In this document: positions 29,636-38,457 of the stretch, one piece after another
Numbering within the stretch: position 1 is the first letter of the stretch
Layout: every line of letters begins with the position of its first letter
NCBI GenBank assembly: GCA_021735445.1
Contig: JAIPHA010000004.1
Location: 1,508 to 65,507 of the forward strand
Source of the DNA: Candidatus Omnitrophota bacterium
Lineage (GTDB): Bacteria > Omnitrophota > Gorgyraeia > Duberdicusellales > 4484-171
Length of the DNA stretch: 64,000 nt
Direction of reading: 5' to 3'
Translations under genes and position numbers: made by a program
Notes under the pieces: model-generated
The model's database searches: none
The model's input: only the letters and a program-made list of their open reading frames with translations
Told to the model about the DNA's origin: nothing

Positions 29636-29666
29636 CCTTTAAACTGGTTCAGCGAGGCCAGGAAGG
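29636..29666 (+). promoter_or_regulatory. PyrR-binding-loop-like hairpin overlapping the pyrR RBS
   Basis: CCUUUAAACUGGUUCAGCGAGGCCAGGAAGG: UUUAA, a CUGG/CCAG stem and loop UUCAGCGAGG, resembling the ..UCCAGAGAGGCU.. PyrR site. Confidence 0.55.
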
Positions 29667-29672
29667 ATTATT

Positions 29673-30233
29673 ATGGAAAACGCTAATCAAGAAAAGATAA
29701 TTTTAACTTCCCAAGATATCGAAAAAAGCCTAAAAAGGCTTTCTCACCAGATTTTAGAAAAAACCCCCAATCCAACTAAACTAGCTTTAGTGGGGATACA
29801 GACCCGAGGGGTTCCTTTAGCTAAAAGGATAAAAACGATAATTAGAGATATAAGCCGGGTTGACCTGCCTTTGGGAGAATTAGATATTACCCTTTACAGG
29901 GATGATCTAACCGTTATCGGGCCAAAGCCGATAGTTAAAAAGACTGTAATCGATTTTGATATTTATCAAAAAGTAATTATTTTAATTGATGATGTTTTGT
30001 TTACCGGCAGGACCATAAGAGCTGCTTTAGACCAAATTATGGATTTTGGCCGTCCGGAGAAGATTCGGCTTTTAACTTTAATTGACCGGGGCCACAGGGA
30101 GCTTCCCTTTAGGGCTGATTTTGTCGGCAAAAATATTCCCACGGCTAGAGACCAGATTGTTGAGGTGAAGTTAAAGGAAGTAGATTCGCAAGACAAGGCA
30201 GTGTTGCGGGGGAAGATAAATCCTCTTAAATAA
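29673..30233 (+). CDS. pyrR: pyr operon regulator / uracil phosphoribosyltransferase PyrR
   Basis: 186 aa; PRPP-binding loop ILIDDVLFTGRTIRAA. Confidence 0.9.
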   Translation: MENANQEKIILTSQDIEKSLKRLSHQILEKTPNPTKLALVGIQTRGVPLAKRIKTIIRDISRVDLPLGELDITLYRDDLTVIGPKPIVKKTVIDFDIYQKVIILIDDVLFTGRTIRAALDQIMDFGRPEKIRLLTLIDRGHRELPFRADFVGKNIPTARDQIVEVKLKEVDSQDKAVLRGKINPLK

Positions 30234-30236
30234 TTT

Positions 30237-31208
30237 ATGAAAAAATTAAAGCAAAAAAATAGAGAATTTAGAAAATGGCATAAGAAAGATTTATTGGGCC
30301 TAAGGGAGTTAAGCAAAGAAGAGATAGAAAATTTACTCCAAACAGCCGCTTCTTTTAAAGAAGTCACTACTCGCCAGATTAAAAAAGTTCCGGCTTTACG
30401 CGGTAAAACTATAGTCAATCTGTTTTATGAGCCTTCGACAAGAACCAGAGTTTCTTTTGAAGTAGCGGCTAAAAGGCTTTCGGCGGATGTAATAAATATA
30501 GCAACCGAATATTCAAGTGTGCGTAAAAGCGAAACTCTTAATGATACCGGCAGAAATATTGAAGCTTTAAAAGCAGATATAATTGTGGTCAGGCATAATG
30601 CAGCCGGAGCAGCGGCTATGCTTTCCCGCCATCTCAATATAAGCGTAGTTAATGCCGGAGACGGATGGCATGAGCATCCTACTCAAGCCTTACTGGATAT
30701 TTTTACTTTAGAAGAAAAAAAAGGAAAAATTAAAGGATTAACTGTAACTATTGTGGGTGATATTGCTCATTCAAGAGTAGCGCGTTCAAATATTTGGGGG
30801 TTGACTAAGTTAGGAGCAAAAGTAATAGTTTGTGCTCCGGAGATACTTATTCCGCCGGAGGTTGAAAAAATGGGCGTTTCGATAGTTGCGGATATAGACG
30901 AGGCTTTATCCCAATCTGACGCGGTAAACGTCTTGAGGATGCAGTTTGAAAGAGACCAACTTTCAGCTTTTCCCCAAAAATTAGAATATTTTAAAAAATA
31001 CGGGATTACTCAAAAAAGAATAGAAAAAACCAATAAAGATATATTAGTTATGCATCCGGGCCCGATTAATAGAGGAGTCGAGATATCTTCTCAGGTGGCA
31101 GATGGGCCTAACTCGGTCATTTTAGAACAAGTAACCAACGGAATTGCGGTTCGGATGGCGGCTTTATATCTTGTGGCAGGGGCAAAAAATAAAGATGCTG
31201 ATATATAG
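30237..31208 (+). CDS. pyrB: aspartate carbamoyltransferase catalytic subunit
   Basis: FYEPSTRTR and HPGP motifs. Confidence 0.93.
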   Translation: MKKLKQKNREFRKWHKKDLLGLRELSKEEIENLLQTAASFKEVTTRQIKKVPALRGKTIVNLFYEPSTRTRVSFEVAAKRLSADVINIATEYSSVRKSETLNDTGRNIEALKADIIVVRHNAAGAAAMLSRHLNISVVNAGDGWHEHPTQALLDIFTLEEKKGKIKGLTVTIVGDIAHSRVARSNIWGLTKLGAKVIVCAPEILIPPEVEKMGVSIVADIDEALSQSDAVNVLRMQFERDQLSAFPQKLEYFKKYGITQKRIEKTNKDILVMHPGPINRGVEISSQVADGPNSVILEQVTNGIAVRMAALYLVAGAKNKDADI

Positions 31209-31223
31209 TTTCGGAGGATATTT

Positions 31224-32492
31224 ATGAAGATATTAATTAAAGAAGGCAAAATTATCAACCCTAAGAAAAGGGAAGAAAGAATAGCCGATATTTTAATTGA
31301 TAAGGGGAAAATAGTAAAGATAGCTCCGCGGATAAACTGTGCAGGAATCGAAAGAGAAATTAACGCAGCAGGAAAAATAGTAATGCCAACTCTTGTAGAT
31401 ATGCATGTTCATTTGCGTGAACCGGGCAGAGAAGATAAAGAAACTGTAGCAACCGGCACGAAAGCGGCTTTAGCCGGAGGCGTGACGACTGTTTTGGCTA
31501 TGCCTAACACAGAACCGGCTATAGATTCCCGGGAAGCCGTAAAGTTGCTTAAAGAAATAATTAAAGAAAAAGCCCATTCAGATGTATTGATTTCAGCAGC
31601 AATAACCAAAGGCAGAAAAGGAAATGAACTTGTCGATATAGAAAATTTGGCCAAAGAAGGAGTAAAGGCAATAACCGATGACGGTAGTTCGGTAGATGAC
31701 AGCCAATTAATGCTTAAGGCTTTTGAGCAAGCTAAAAAAAATGACATTCTTGTAATTTGTCATAGCGAGGACAGGTCATTAGCGAAAAAAGGGGTGCTTA
31801 ATTTAGGATTTAGTTCTACCTGTTTAGGGTTGCGGGGGATACCGAAATCAGCAGAGTTTGAGAGAGTGGCCAGAGATATAAGATTGGCGGAAGAAGCAGA
31901 AGCAAGAATACATATTGCTCATGTAAGCTGCAAAGAATCAGTGGAGATTATTTCTCAAGCTAAAAAAAGAGGTGTCGGCGTTAGCGCAGAAACCGCGCCG
32001 CACTACTTTTCTTTATCCGAAGAAGACCTTTGGGGGTTTGATACTAATAAAAAAATTAATCCGCCCTTGCGGACCCAGGCAGATTCTTTCGCTATTAAAC
32101 AGGCTTTAAAAGAAGGTGTTATTGACTTGATTGCCTCCGATCATGCTCCTCATACCGAAAACGAAAAAGATATTGAGTTCCAAAGAGCTGAATTCGGGAC
32201 AATCGGATTAGAAACCGCGTTGGCTGTTGCGGCTACAGAGTTAATACAGGGAAAATTTTTGGATTGGCCGGATTTGGTTAATAAGTTTACAGTTAAGCCG
32301 GCCGAAGTTTTAGGGATAGCTAAGCCGGAAATCAGAGAAGGCAGAGAAGCTGCGCTTATAGTCTTTGACCCTGTAAAAGAGTGGGTGGTAGAGGAAAACA
32401 ATTTTTTTTCCAAGTCAAAAAACTCTTGTTTTTTAGGGAAAAAGCTCAAAGGAAAAATCGAGATGGTTTTTTATAAAGGAAGGTTTATTTAG
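31224..32492 (+). CDS. pyrC: dihydroorotase
   Basis: DMHVHLREPG metal-binding motif; 422 aa. Confidence 0.92.
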   Translation: MKILIKEGKIINPKKREERIADILIDKGKIVKIAPRINCAGIEREINAAGKIVMPTLVDMHVHLREPGREDKETVATGTKAALAGGVTTVLAMPNTEPAIDSREAVKLLKEIIKEKAHSDVLISAAITKGRKGNELVDIENLAKEGVKAITDDGSSVDDSQLMLKAFEQAKKNDILVICHSEDRSLAKKGVLNLGFSSTCLGLRGIPKSAEFERVARDIRLAEEAEARIHIAHVSCKESVEIISQAKKRGVGVSAETAPHYFSLSEEDLWGFDTNKKINPPLRTQADSFAIKQALKEGVIDLIASDHAPHTENEKDIEFQRAEFGTIGLETALAVAATELIQGKFLDWPDLVNKFTVKPAEVLGIAKPEIREGREAALIVFDPVKEWVVEENNFFSKSKNSCFLGKKLKGKIEMVFYKGRFI

Positions 32493-32496
32493 GCAG

Positions 32497-33744
32497 ATGC
32501 AATTTATTGCAGATTTTCATATTCATTCGAAATATTCACGGGCTACGTCTAAAGATATGGATCTTGATCATCTTGCTGAATGGGCCAAAAGGAAAGGAGT
32601 CAATCTTTTAGGCACAGGAGATTTCACTCATCATCTATGGCTCCAGGAATTAAAAAGCTGCCTAAGGCCAAAAGAAAAAACAGGGCTTTATCAATACCGG
32701 GGGGTAAATTTTATCCTCTCCGGCGAAATATCCAGTATATATTCACAAGGCGGCAAAACCTACCGGGTTCACAATTTGCTGATGGCGCCTTCCTTTGAAG
32801 TTGTAGGCGAGATAAACAGAATGCTTTCTTTCTATGGGAATATTTCTTCAGACGGGAGGCCAATTTTAGGCCTTAGCTGTTTTCGCCTCGCAGAAGAATT
32901 ATTTAGAATTTCTGACCAGATAATGCTTATTCCGGCTCATATCTGGACTCCCTGGTTTTCGGTGTTTGGTTCGCGTTCGGGTTTTGATTCATTAGAAGAA
33001 GCTTTCGGAAAATATAGAGAAAAGATTACCGCTCTTGAAACGGGCCTGTCTTCGGACCCGGCCATGAACTGGATGATTTCGGCTTTAGACAAATTTTCTC
33101 TGGTATCCAATTCAGATTCCCATTCTCCTAGCCGGATTGGCAGGGAGGCTAACGTATTTAATTGTGAACTAAATTATTGGCAGATAAAGGAAACTTTGGA
33201 GAAAAAAGATAAAAGTAAGTTTCTCTATACCATAGAGTTTTTTCCTCAGGAAGGAAAATACCATTATGATGGCCACCGGAATTGTAAAAAAAGCTTTCAT
33301 CCTAAGCAAACAAAAGAATATAATGGCATTTGTCCGGTTTGCAAAAAGCCCTTAACCAAAGGAGTGTTGAACCGGGTGAATCAGTTAGCCGATAGAGAAG
33401 AAGGTTTTATTCCCGAGGGCGCAATAGGATATAAAAGCCTGGTTCCTTTAGATGAAATCATTGCCGAAGCTGAAGGGGTAGGCAAGAACACAAAAACTGT
33501 AGCTAGAATTTATCTGGATTTAGTTACAAATATCGGGCCGGAACTTGAGTTGCTTGATCGGCTTTCTGGAGAAGAGCTAGACTTAAAGTTGCCGGAGAAG
33601 CTTTCAAGTGGTATAAGAAGGGTAAAGGAAAAACAGGTTGAACTTATTCCAGGCTATGATGGCGAGTATGGCCGGGTCAAAGTTTTTCAGGAAAAAGAAA
33701 ATCGAGGAGAAGACGGCCAGGAAAATCAATTAACTTTGTTTTAA
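32497..33744 (+). CDS. endonuclease Q-like PHP-domain nuclease
   Basis: N-terminus MQFIADFHIHSKYSRATSKDM...LLGTGDFTH and Zn ribbon CPVCKKPLTKGVLNRV, as in archaeal/Bacillus EndoQ. Confidence 0.65.
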   Translation: MQFIADFHIHSKYSRATSKDMDLDHLAEWAKRKGVNLLGTGDFTHHLWLQELKSCLRPKEKTGLYQYRGVNFILSGEISSIYSQGGKTYRVHNLLMAPSFEVVGEINRMLSFYGNISSDGRPILGLSCFRLAEELFRISDQIMLIPAHIWTPWFSVFGSRSGFDSLEEAFGKYREKITALETGLSSDPAMNWMISALDKFSLVSNSDSHSPSRIGREANVFNCELNYWQIKETLEKKDKSKFLYTIEFFPQEGKYHYDGHRNCKKSFHPKQTKEYNGICPVCKKPLTKGVLNRVNQLADREEGFIPEGAIGYKSLVPLDEIIAEAEGVGKNTKTVARIYLDLVTNIGPELELLDRLSGEELDLKLPEKLSSGIRRVKEKQVELIPGYDGEYGRVKVFQEKENRGEDGQENQLTLF

Positions 33745-33748
33745 AAAA

Positions 33749-33820
33749 GTCCCCGTAGCTCAATGGATAGAGCGTTGGCCTCCGGAGCCAGAAATGCAGG
33801 TTCGAATCCTGCCGGGGACA
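33749..33820 (+). tRNA. tRNA-Arg(CCG)
   Basis: GTCCCCGTAGCTCAATGGATAGAGC, anticodon loop CTCCGGA, T-loop TTCGAAT. Confidence 0.88.
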
Positions 33821-33926
33821 TTATTAAGTTAATGTGTATATGTGTAAATGGGTGTATGAGTAAAAGTGTTTATGAAAGCGAATATTTTTTCCCATATACT
33901 CATCAACTCATATACTAATCATAACC

Positions 33927-34382
33927 ATGAATATAGCAGTAATTGGTGGTTCAAAATGTTCAGAAAAATATTATAAAACAGCAAAAGCTGTTGGAGAACT
34001 TATTGCTAAAGAAGGATGGACATTAATCTGTGGTGGTGGTCCGGGAGTTATGGAGGCGGCTTGTTCTGGAGCAAAAAAGAAAAAGGGGCTTACTGTAGGC
34101 ATTCTGCCTTCTTATGACGGGCATGAAGCCAACTCTTATTTAGATGTTAAAATACCTACAGGCCTTGGTTTTATTCGAAATACTTTAGTGGTGCGGGCGG
34201 CAGATTATTTAATTGCCATTGATGGAAAATACGGAACTCTTTCTGAAATTGGCTTTGCTTTATCTGAAGGCAAGATTGTGGTAGGGATAGATACTTGGGA
34301 TATAAAAGGGATAATAAAAACAAAAACAGCTAAAGACGCAATAGGGGAGATAAAACGTTATGTTAAGCAAGAAGGAAATTGA
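33927..34382 (+). CDS. SLOG / TIGR00725-family (LOG-like Rossmann) protein
   Basis: IAVIGGS...LICGGGPGVMEAACSGAKKKKGLTVGILP. Confidence 0.65.
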   Translation: MNIAVIGGSKCSEKYYKTAKAVGELIAKEGWTLICGGGPGVMEAACSGAKKKKGLTVGILPSYDGHEANSYLDVKIPTGLGFIRNTLVVRAADYLIAIDGKYGTLSEIGFALSEGKIVVGIDTWDIKGIIKTKTAKDAIGEIKRYVKQEGN

Positions 34383-34872
34383 GAATTTAATAAAAGAAAA
34401 AAAGCTAATTGAAAATTATATAAGTTTAGAAAAACAGCTTACTCCAAACGGGGTTGATCTAACCGCAGCTAAAGTATCAAAATTTTTAGAAGCCGGATCT
34501 TTAGATTTTTCCAACAAAGAAAGAACAATCCCCAAAACAGAAGAAATTATTCCCGATAAAAAAAATCCAGAGGATAAATATGGTTGGTGGAATCTTTCTG
34601 CGGGCTCTTATAAGATAAAGACCAATGAGGTGGTAAATTTACCGAATAACTTAACTGCTTTAGCTTTTAGCCGTACTTCTATTTTACGTATGGGGTGTTT
34701 TAGCTCTCATGGGGTTTGGGATGCTGGATTTTCAGGGAAGGGGGAATTTATTTTATCTGTTTTAAATCCATCCGGAGTAAAGATAAAAGAAAATGCCCGG
34801 ATATTTCAACTTGTTTTTTTTCAAGTAGAAAAAACTATAGAGTATAATGGAATCCATAAACACCTAACCTGA
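34360..34872 (+). CDS. dCTP deaminase-superfamily protein, archaeal-type dUTPase-like
   Basis: 170 aa; LTPNGVDLT, AFSRTSILRMG, VWDAGFSGKG, ARIFQLVFF; 23-nt overlap with the SLOG gene. Confidence 0.6.
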   Translation: MLSKKEIENLIKEKKLIENYISLEKQLTPNGVDLTAAKVSKFLEAGSLDFSNKERTIPKTEEIIPDKKNPEDKYGWWNLSAGSYKIKTNEVVNLPNNLTALAFSRTSILRMGCFSSHGVWDAGFSGKGEFILSVLNPSGVKIKENARIFQLVFFQVEKTIEYNGIHKHLT

Positions 34873-34897
34873 GCTTAAAACAGATTAGCCGGCAAAG

Positions 34898-35122
34898 ATG
34901 AGAGAAGATTTTTTTAGCTATAATCAGGAAACTGAACAAAAAGAAGATCTAGACTTTAATCAGTTAGTTAAATGTCCTCATTGCAAAAAACCTATCCCTC
35001 AAGATGCGATCAGTTGTTACTATTGTGGTAGTCAGGTAGATTTCAATAAAAAACCAAAGTGGGTTTATTTGGTGGTTTTCTTAGTAACTATCATTTTATT
35101 AAGTTATTTGATTTTTTTCTAA
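34898..35122 (+). CDS. small zinc-ribbon protein with a C-terminal TM helix
   Basis: CPHCKK...CYYCGS then WVYLVVFLVTIILLSYLIFF. Confidence 0.5.
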   Translation: MREDFFSYNQETEQKEDLDFNQLVKCPHCKKPIPQDAISCYYCGSQVDFNKKPKWVYLVVFLVTIILLSYLIFF

Positions 35123-35136
35123 AAAGGGGAGTAAAT

Positions 35137-35538
35137 ATGGAAATAATTAATATCTCTACTAAAAAAAGAAATGAATTTATCGATATTAGCTCACAGCTAA
35201 AAGAGATGGTAAGAAAAACACAGCTAAAACAGGGAATTTGTTTTTTATCTTGCGCTCATACTACCGCTGCTTTAACCATAAATGAAAATGCTGATCCGGC
35301 AGTTTGCGAAGATATCATAAATCACCTAAACCAGCTTGTTCCCGCCGGGAGAGCTTACAGGCACAGAGAAGGTAATTCTGATTCTCATATAAAAAGCTCT
35401 CTTTTAGGGCCTACCCTGGAGTTAATCATCGAAAACAATGAGATTGTTTTAGGGACTTGGCAAGGAATATATTTTTGTGAATTTGACGGCCCCCGGGAAA
35501 GAAAAGTGTATGTGAAAATTATAAGCGATAAGGACTAG
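35137..35538 (+). CDS. yjbQ: YjbQ/UPF0047 family protein
   Basis: HTTAALTINENADP ... SDSHIKSSL; start set at the ATG preceded by AAGGGGAG. Confidence 0.8.
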   Translation: MEIINISTKKRNEFIDISSQLKEMVRKTQLKQGICFLSCAHTTAALTINENADPAVCEDIINHLNQLVPAGRAYRHREGNSDSHIKSSLLGPTLELIIENNEIVLGTWQGIYFCEFDGPRERKVYVKIISDKD

Positions 35539-35586
35539 GGAGTATGAGCCAAGTGAACATTTTCACTTATCACTTAACCCTAAGGT

Positions 35587-35649
35587 ATGCCTGAGTTACC
35601 AGAAGTTGTATCCAAAAAGAATAAAACAAAGGATAAAAGTTATGCCTGA
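35587..35649 (+). other. 20-codon upstream ORF that repeats the first 7 codons of fpg
   Basis: The 21-mer atgcctgagttaccagaagtt occurs at 35587-35607 and 35642-35662; the uORF stop TGA overlaps the fpg start region. Confidence 0.4.
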
Positions 35650-36442
35650 GTTACCAGAAGTTGAGACAATAAAAAGAGAACTAGAGAAAAAACTTTTAGA
35701 TAAAAAAATTATTGGCTTAAAAGTTAATAACCCTAAAGTCATCAAAGAGCCGGCACCTTCTGAATTCAAAAATCAAATTATTAACGAAAAGATTAAAAAG
35801 ATAACAAGAAGAGGCAAGCTCCTTATTATTGAATTAAAAAAAGATAAGTTTTTAATTATTCACCTAAGGATAACCGGGTGGCTTAGATATGGGAAAGAAG
35901 AGACTAAAGCAAGGGTGTTGTTTAAGCTTTCAGACGGAAATTTTCTTAATTACATGGACTCTCGCCTTCTCGGGCATCTACGGCTGAGAGAGGCATACAA
36001 AGACTTAAATTTTTTAAAAAAACTGGGCCCGGAGATTTTCGAATTAACCGCTAAACAATTCAAGCAAATGTTAAAGCAAAAGAAGGGAAACATTAAGGCT
36101 TTAATCATGAATCAAAGTTTTATCGCCGGGGTCGGGAATATTTATGCTCAAGAAGCTTTATTTTTAGCTAAGATAGATCCGCGCCGAACTGCACCGAGTT
36201 TAACCGTCAAAGAAAAGGATAAGCTTTATAAAGAACTTAAGGCAGTATTAGCTGAGGCGATAGAATACAGAGGATCTTCGGTTGATTCTTACAGGAATTT
36301 AGAAGGCCAAGCCGGAGGCATGGAAAAAAGGCTTAAAGTCTATGGGAAAAAAAATCAACCATGCCCCACCTGTAAGAAACTACTTAAAAAAACAACTATA
36401 GCAGGAAGAGGAACTTGTTTTTGCCCTAATTGCCAAAAATGA
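35642..36442 (+). CDS. mutM: formamidopyrimidine-DNA glycosylase
   Basis: MPELPEVE N-terminus (catalytic Pro2), H2TH, C-terminal zinc finger CPTC...CPNC. Confidence 0.92.
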   Translation: MPELPEVETIKRELEKKLLDKKIIGLKVNNPKVIKEPAPSEFKNQIINEKIKKITRRGKLLIIELKKDKFLIIHLRITGWLRYGKEETKARVLFKLSDGNFLNYMDSRLLGHLRLREAYKDLNFLKKLGPEIFELTAKQFKQMLKQKKGNIKALIMNQSFIAGVGNIYAQEALFLAKIDPRRTAPSLTVKEKDKLYKELKAVLAEAIEYRGSSVDSYRNLEGQAGGMEKRLKVYGKKNQPCPTCKKLLKKTTIAGRGTCFCPNCQK

Positions 36443-36446
36443 ACCA

Positions 36447-36519
36447 TTCCACCTCGTAGGTGGAAGGAAAAAAAGCAAGCTAGGCAAGGCCCAATTCTGT
36501 CCACCTCGTAGGTGGACAG
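36447..36519. repeat. twin hairpins sharing the 17-mer TCCACCTCGTAGGTGGA
   Basis: ttccacctcgtaggtggaa (36447-36465) and ctgtccacctcgtaggtggacag (36497-36519), each followed by (C)AGGAAGGA. Confidence 0.8.
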
Positions 36520-36535
36520 GAAGGACTAAAATTGT

Positions 36536-38374
36536 ATGTTATCTTTATCTTTGGAAAAATTGTCTAAGTTGAAACCCCCTTATGTTTTTTTGGATACAAC
36601 CAGAAAGGATCGGGAAAACAAGGAGTCATTACTTTTTTCCAAAGTCGTCGATGTTTTGAGGTTTAATCATAACGACTCGCTTGATTCTTTTTTTGAAAAA
36701 ATAGAGAGTTATTTAAAAAAAGGTTTTTGGCTGGCAGGGTGTTTTTGCTATGAGTTTGGTTACTATCTGGAAGACGCTTTAGAGAGCCTGCAAGAAAAAA
36801 ATGACTTTCCTTTAGCTTGGTTTCTTGTTACGGCGGACCCCGACAGGGTAGAATTAGAAGATTCGTTGCATCAACAGAATAAAAATTCTTTGGCTAAAAA
36901 TTTTAAAGCAAATATCAGCAAAAACGATTATATAAAAAAAGTAGAAAAAATTAAGTGTTTTTTAAAAGATGGTTTTAGTTACCAGGTTAATTTTACTTTT
37001 AAGATAAACTTTGATTTTTTAGGGAATCCGGTTGAACTTTATAGTTCTTTACGCAATAGCCAGCCGACCCCATATACAGCTTTAGTAAGGCTTAATAAAA
37101 GTGAGTCTTTACTTTCTTTTTCTCCGGAACTCTTTATTAGAAGCGACGGGAAAAAAATTATAACCCGGCCGATGAAAGGAACTATCGCCCGCGGGGCAAC
37201 TAGCAGCAAAGATAAAGATAAAAAAAGGCAGCTTGCCAGAAGCAAGAAAATTAAAGCAGAAAATGTTATGATTACCGACCTTTTAAGAAATGATTTAGGA
37301 AAAATTTCAACCAAGATAACAGTACCCGAACTTTTTAATGTAGAAAAATACAGAACTCTTTACCAGATGACTTCTACTGTTGAAGCAAGGTTATGCAAAA
37401 ATAAGAAACTAAAAGATATATTTTCTTCTCTTTTTCCCTGCGGGTCAGTTACCGGAGCGCCCAAGATAGAGACTATGAAGATAATTAAAAAATTAGAAAA
37501 AGAGCCAAGAGGAATTTATACTGGTGCGATTGGGTATATTAATCCCAAAAAGCAATTTTGTTTTAATGTGGCAATAAGAACTGCGCATATTAAAGAAAGT
37601 AAAGGCCAACTAGGTGTTGGCGGAGGAATTTTGTATGATTCCCAAAAAGAAGCAGAATACAGAGAAGCCCTGCTTAAGTCAAATTTTTTCACAAAAATCA
37701 ATTTTTCGCTAAAGCTAATTGAAACAATGCTTTGGTCTAAAAATAAAGGGTTTTGGCTTCTTGATCTGCATTTAGCGAGGCTGAAAAATTCCTCGGATTA
37801 TTTTTCATTTCCTTTTTGTCAAGATGAGATAAAAGCAGGGCTGGAGAAGAAGGTAAAGGGAAAAAAGAAAGATATTAAAATTAGCATTTTCGTTGATTCA
37901 AAAGGTAAAATCGATTTTTTTGCGACAAAATTAAAAAAAACACGACAACCAGTTAAGATTAAAATAAATTCCCAGACAATTGACTCTAATGATATTTTTT
38001 TTTACCACAAAACAACTAATCGAAACTTTTATAATCGGGAAAGGAAAAAGGCTCAAAAAGAAGGGTTTTTTGAGACCATCTTTTTAAACAAATTCAAAGA
38101 GGTGACAGAAGGAACAATTACAAATATATTTTTGGAAAAAAAGAAAAAGCTTTTTACCCCGCCTGTCTCCTGCGGCCTTCTGGGGGGAGTTTTGAGAAAG
38201 CATTTAATCAAGGAAAAGAAAGCTTTCGAAAAAAAGATTTATCTAAAAGACTTAAAAGAGGCAGATAAAATATATATAGGGAATTCAGTGCGAGGATTGC
38301 TTGAGGCTGAATTCAGAGACGACAAAGGAGGCGCCCTCCTGGCTTGTAGCCGCTTGAGCAAGAAGAGGGCGTGA
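36536..38374 (+). CDS. pabB: aminodeoxychorismate synthase component I fused to an ADC lyase-like class IV aminotransferase domain
   Basis: Chorismate-binding motif PCGSVTGAPK...GIYTGAIGY; C-terminal FFYHKTTNRNFY class IV fold. Confidence 0.8.
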   Translation: MLSLSLEKLSKLKPPYVFLDTTRKDRENKESLLFSKVVDVLRFNHNDSLDSFFEKIESYLKKGFWLAGCFCYEFGYYLEDALESLQEKNDFPLAWFLVTADPDRVELEDSLHQQNKNSLAKNFKANISKNDYIKKVEKIKCFLKDGFSYQVNFTFKINFDFLGNPVELYSSLRNSQPTPYTALVRLNKSESLLSFSPELFIRSDGKKIITRPMKGTIARGATSSKDKDKKRQLARSKKIKAENVMITDLLRNDLGKISTKITVPELFNVEKYRTLYQMTSTVEARLCKNKKLKDIFSSLFPCGSVTGAPKIETMKIIKKLEKEPRGIYTGAIGYINPKKQFCFNVAIRTAHIKESKGQLGVGGGILYDSQKEAEYREALLKSNFFTKINFSLKLIETMLWSKNKGFWLLDLHLARLKNSSDYFSFPFCQDEIKAGLEKKVKGKKKDIKISIFVDSKGKIDFFATKLKKTRQPVKIKINSQTIDSNDIFFYHKTTNRNFYNRERKKAQKEGFFETIFLNKFKEVTEGTITNIFLEKKKKLFTPPVSCGLLGGVLRKHLIKEKKAFEKKIYLKDLKEADKIYIGNSVRGLLEAEFRDDKGGALLACSRLSKKRA

Positions 38375-38420
38375 AGGCGGGCTTTGGAAAACTGCTTATT
38401 GTAAGTCTTTGTAGAAGAAT

Positions 38421-38457
38421 GAGTTATAAACGAGGGAAACGTCCCCTTTTGAGGGGG
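38421..38457 (+). repeat. short intergenic motif GAGTTATAA(C)..AGGGAAACGTCCCCT
   Basis: Near-identical at 60056-60086; diverged copies on the opposite strand at 5625-5646 and 29578-29595. Confidence 0.7.

Noticed and set aside
29966-30418. 150-aa minus-strand ORF spanning the pyrR/pyrB junction
   Set aside because: It is antisense to two confidently identified genes and has no recognisable domain.
33821-33926. TG-rich / AC-rich segments after tRNA-Arg as a third family A-like hairpin
   Set aside because: Complementary blocks exist (gtgtatgagt versus actcatatac), but they are short, out of order and share no sequence with the two clear family A copies.
36447-36519. CRISPR array, considered for this and the other repeated hairpins (14608-15088, 63747-63796)
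   Set aside because: There are only two or three copies, the spacing is irregular, no spacer-like unique segments of constant length are present, and there are no cas genes in the window.
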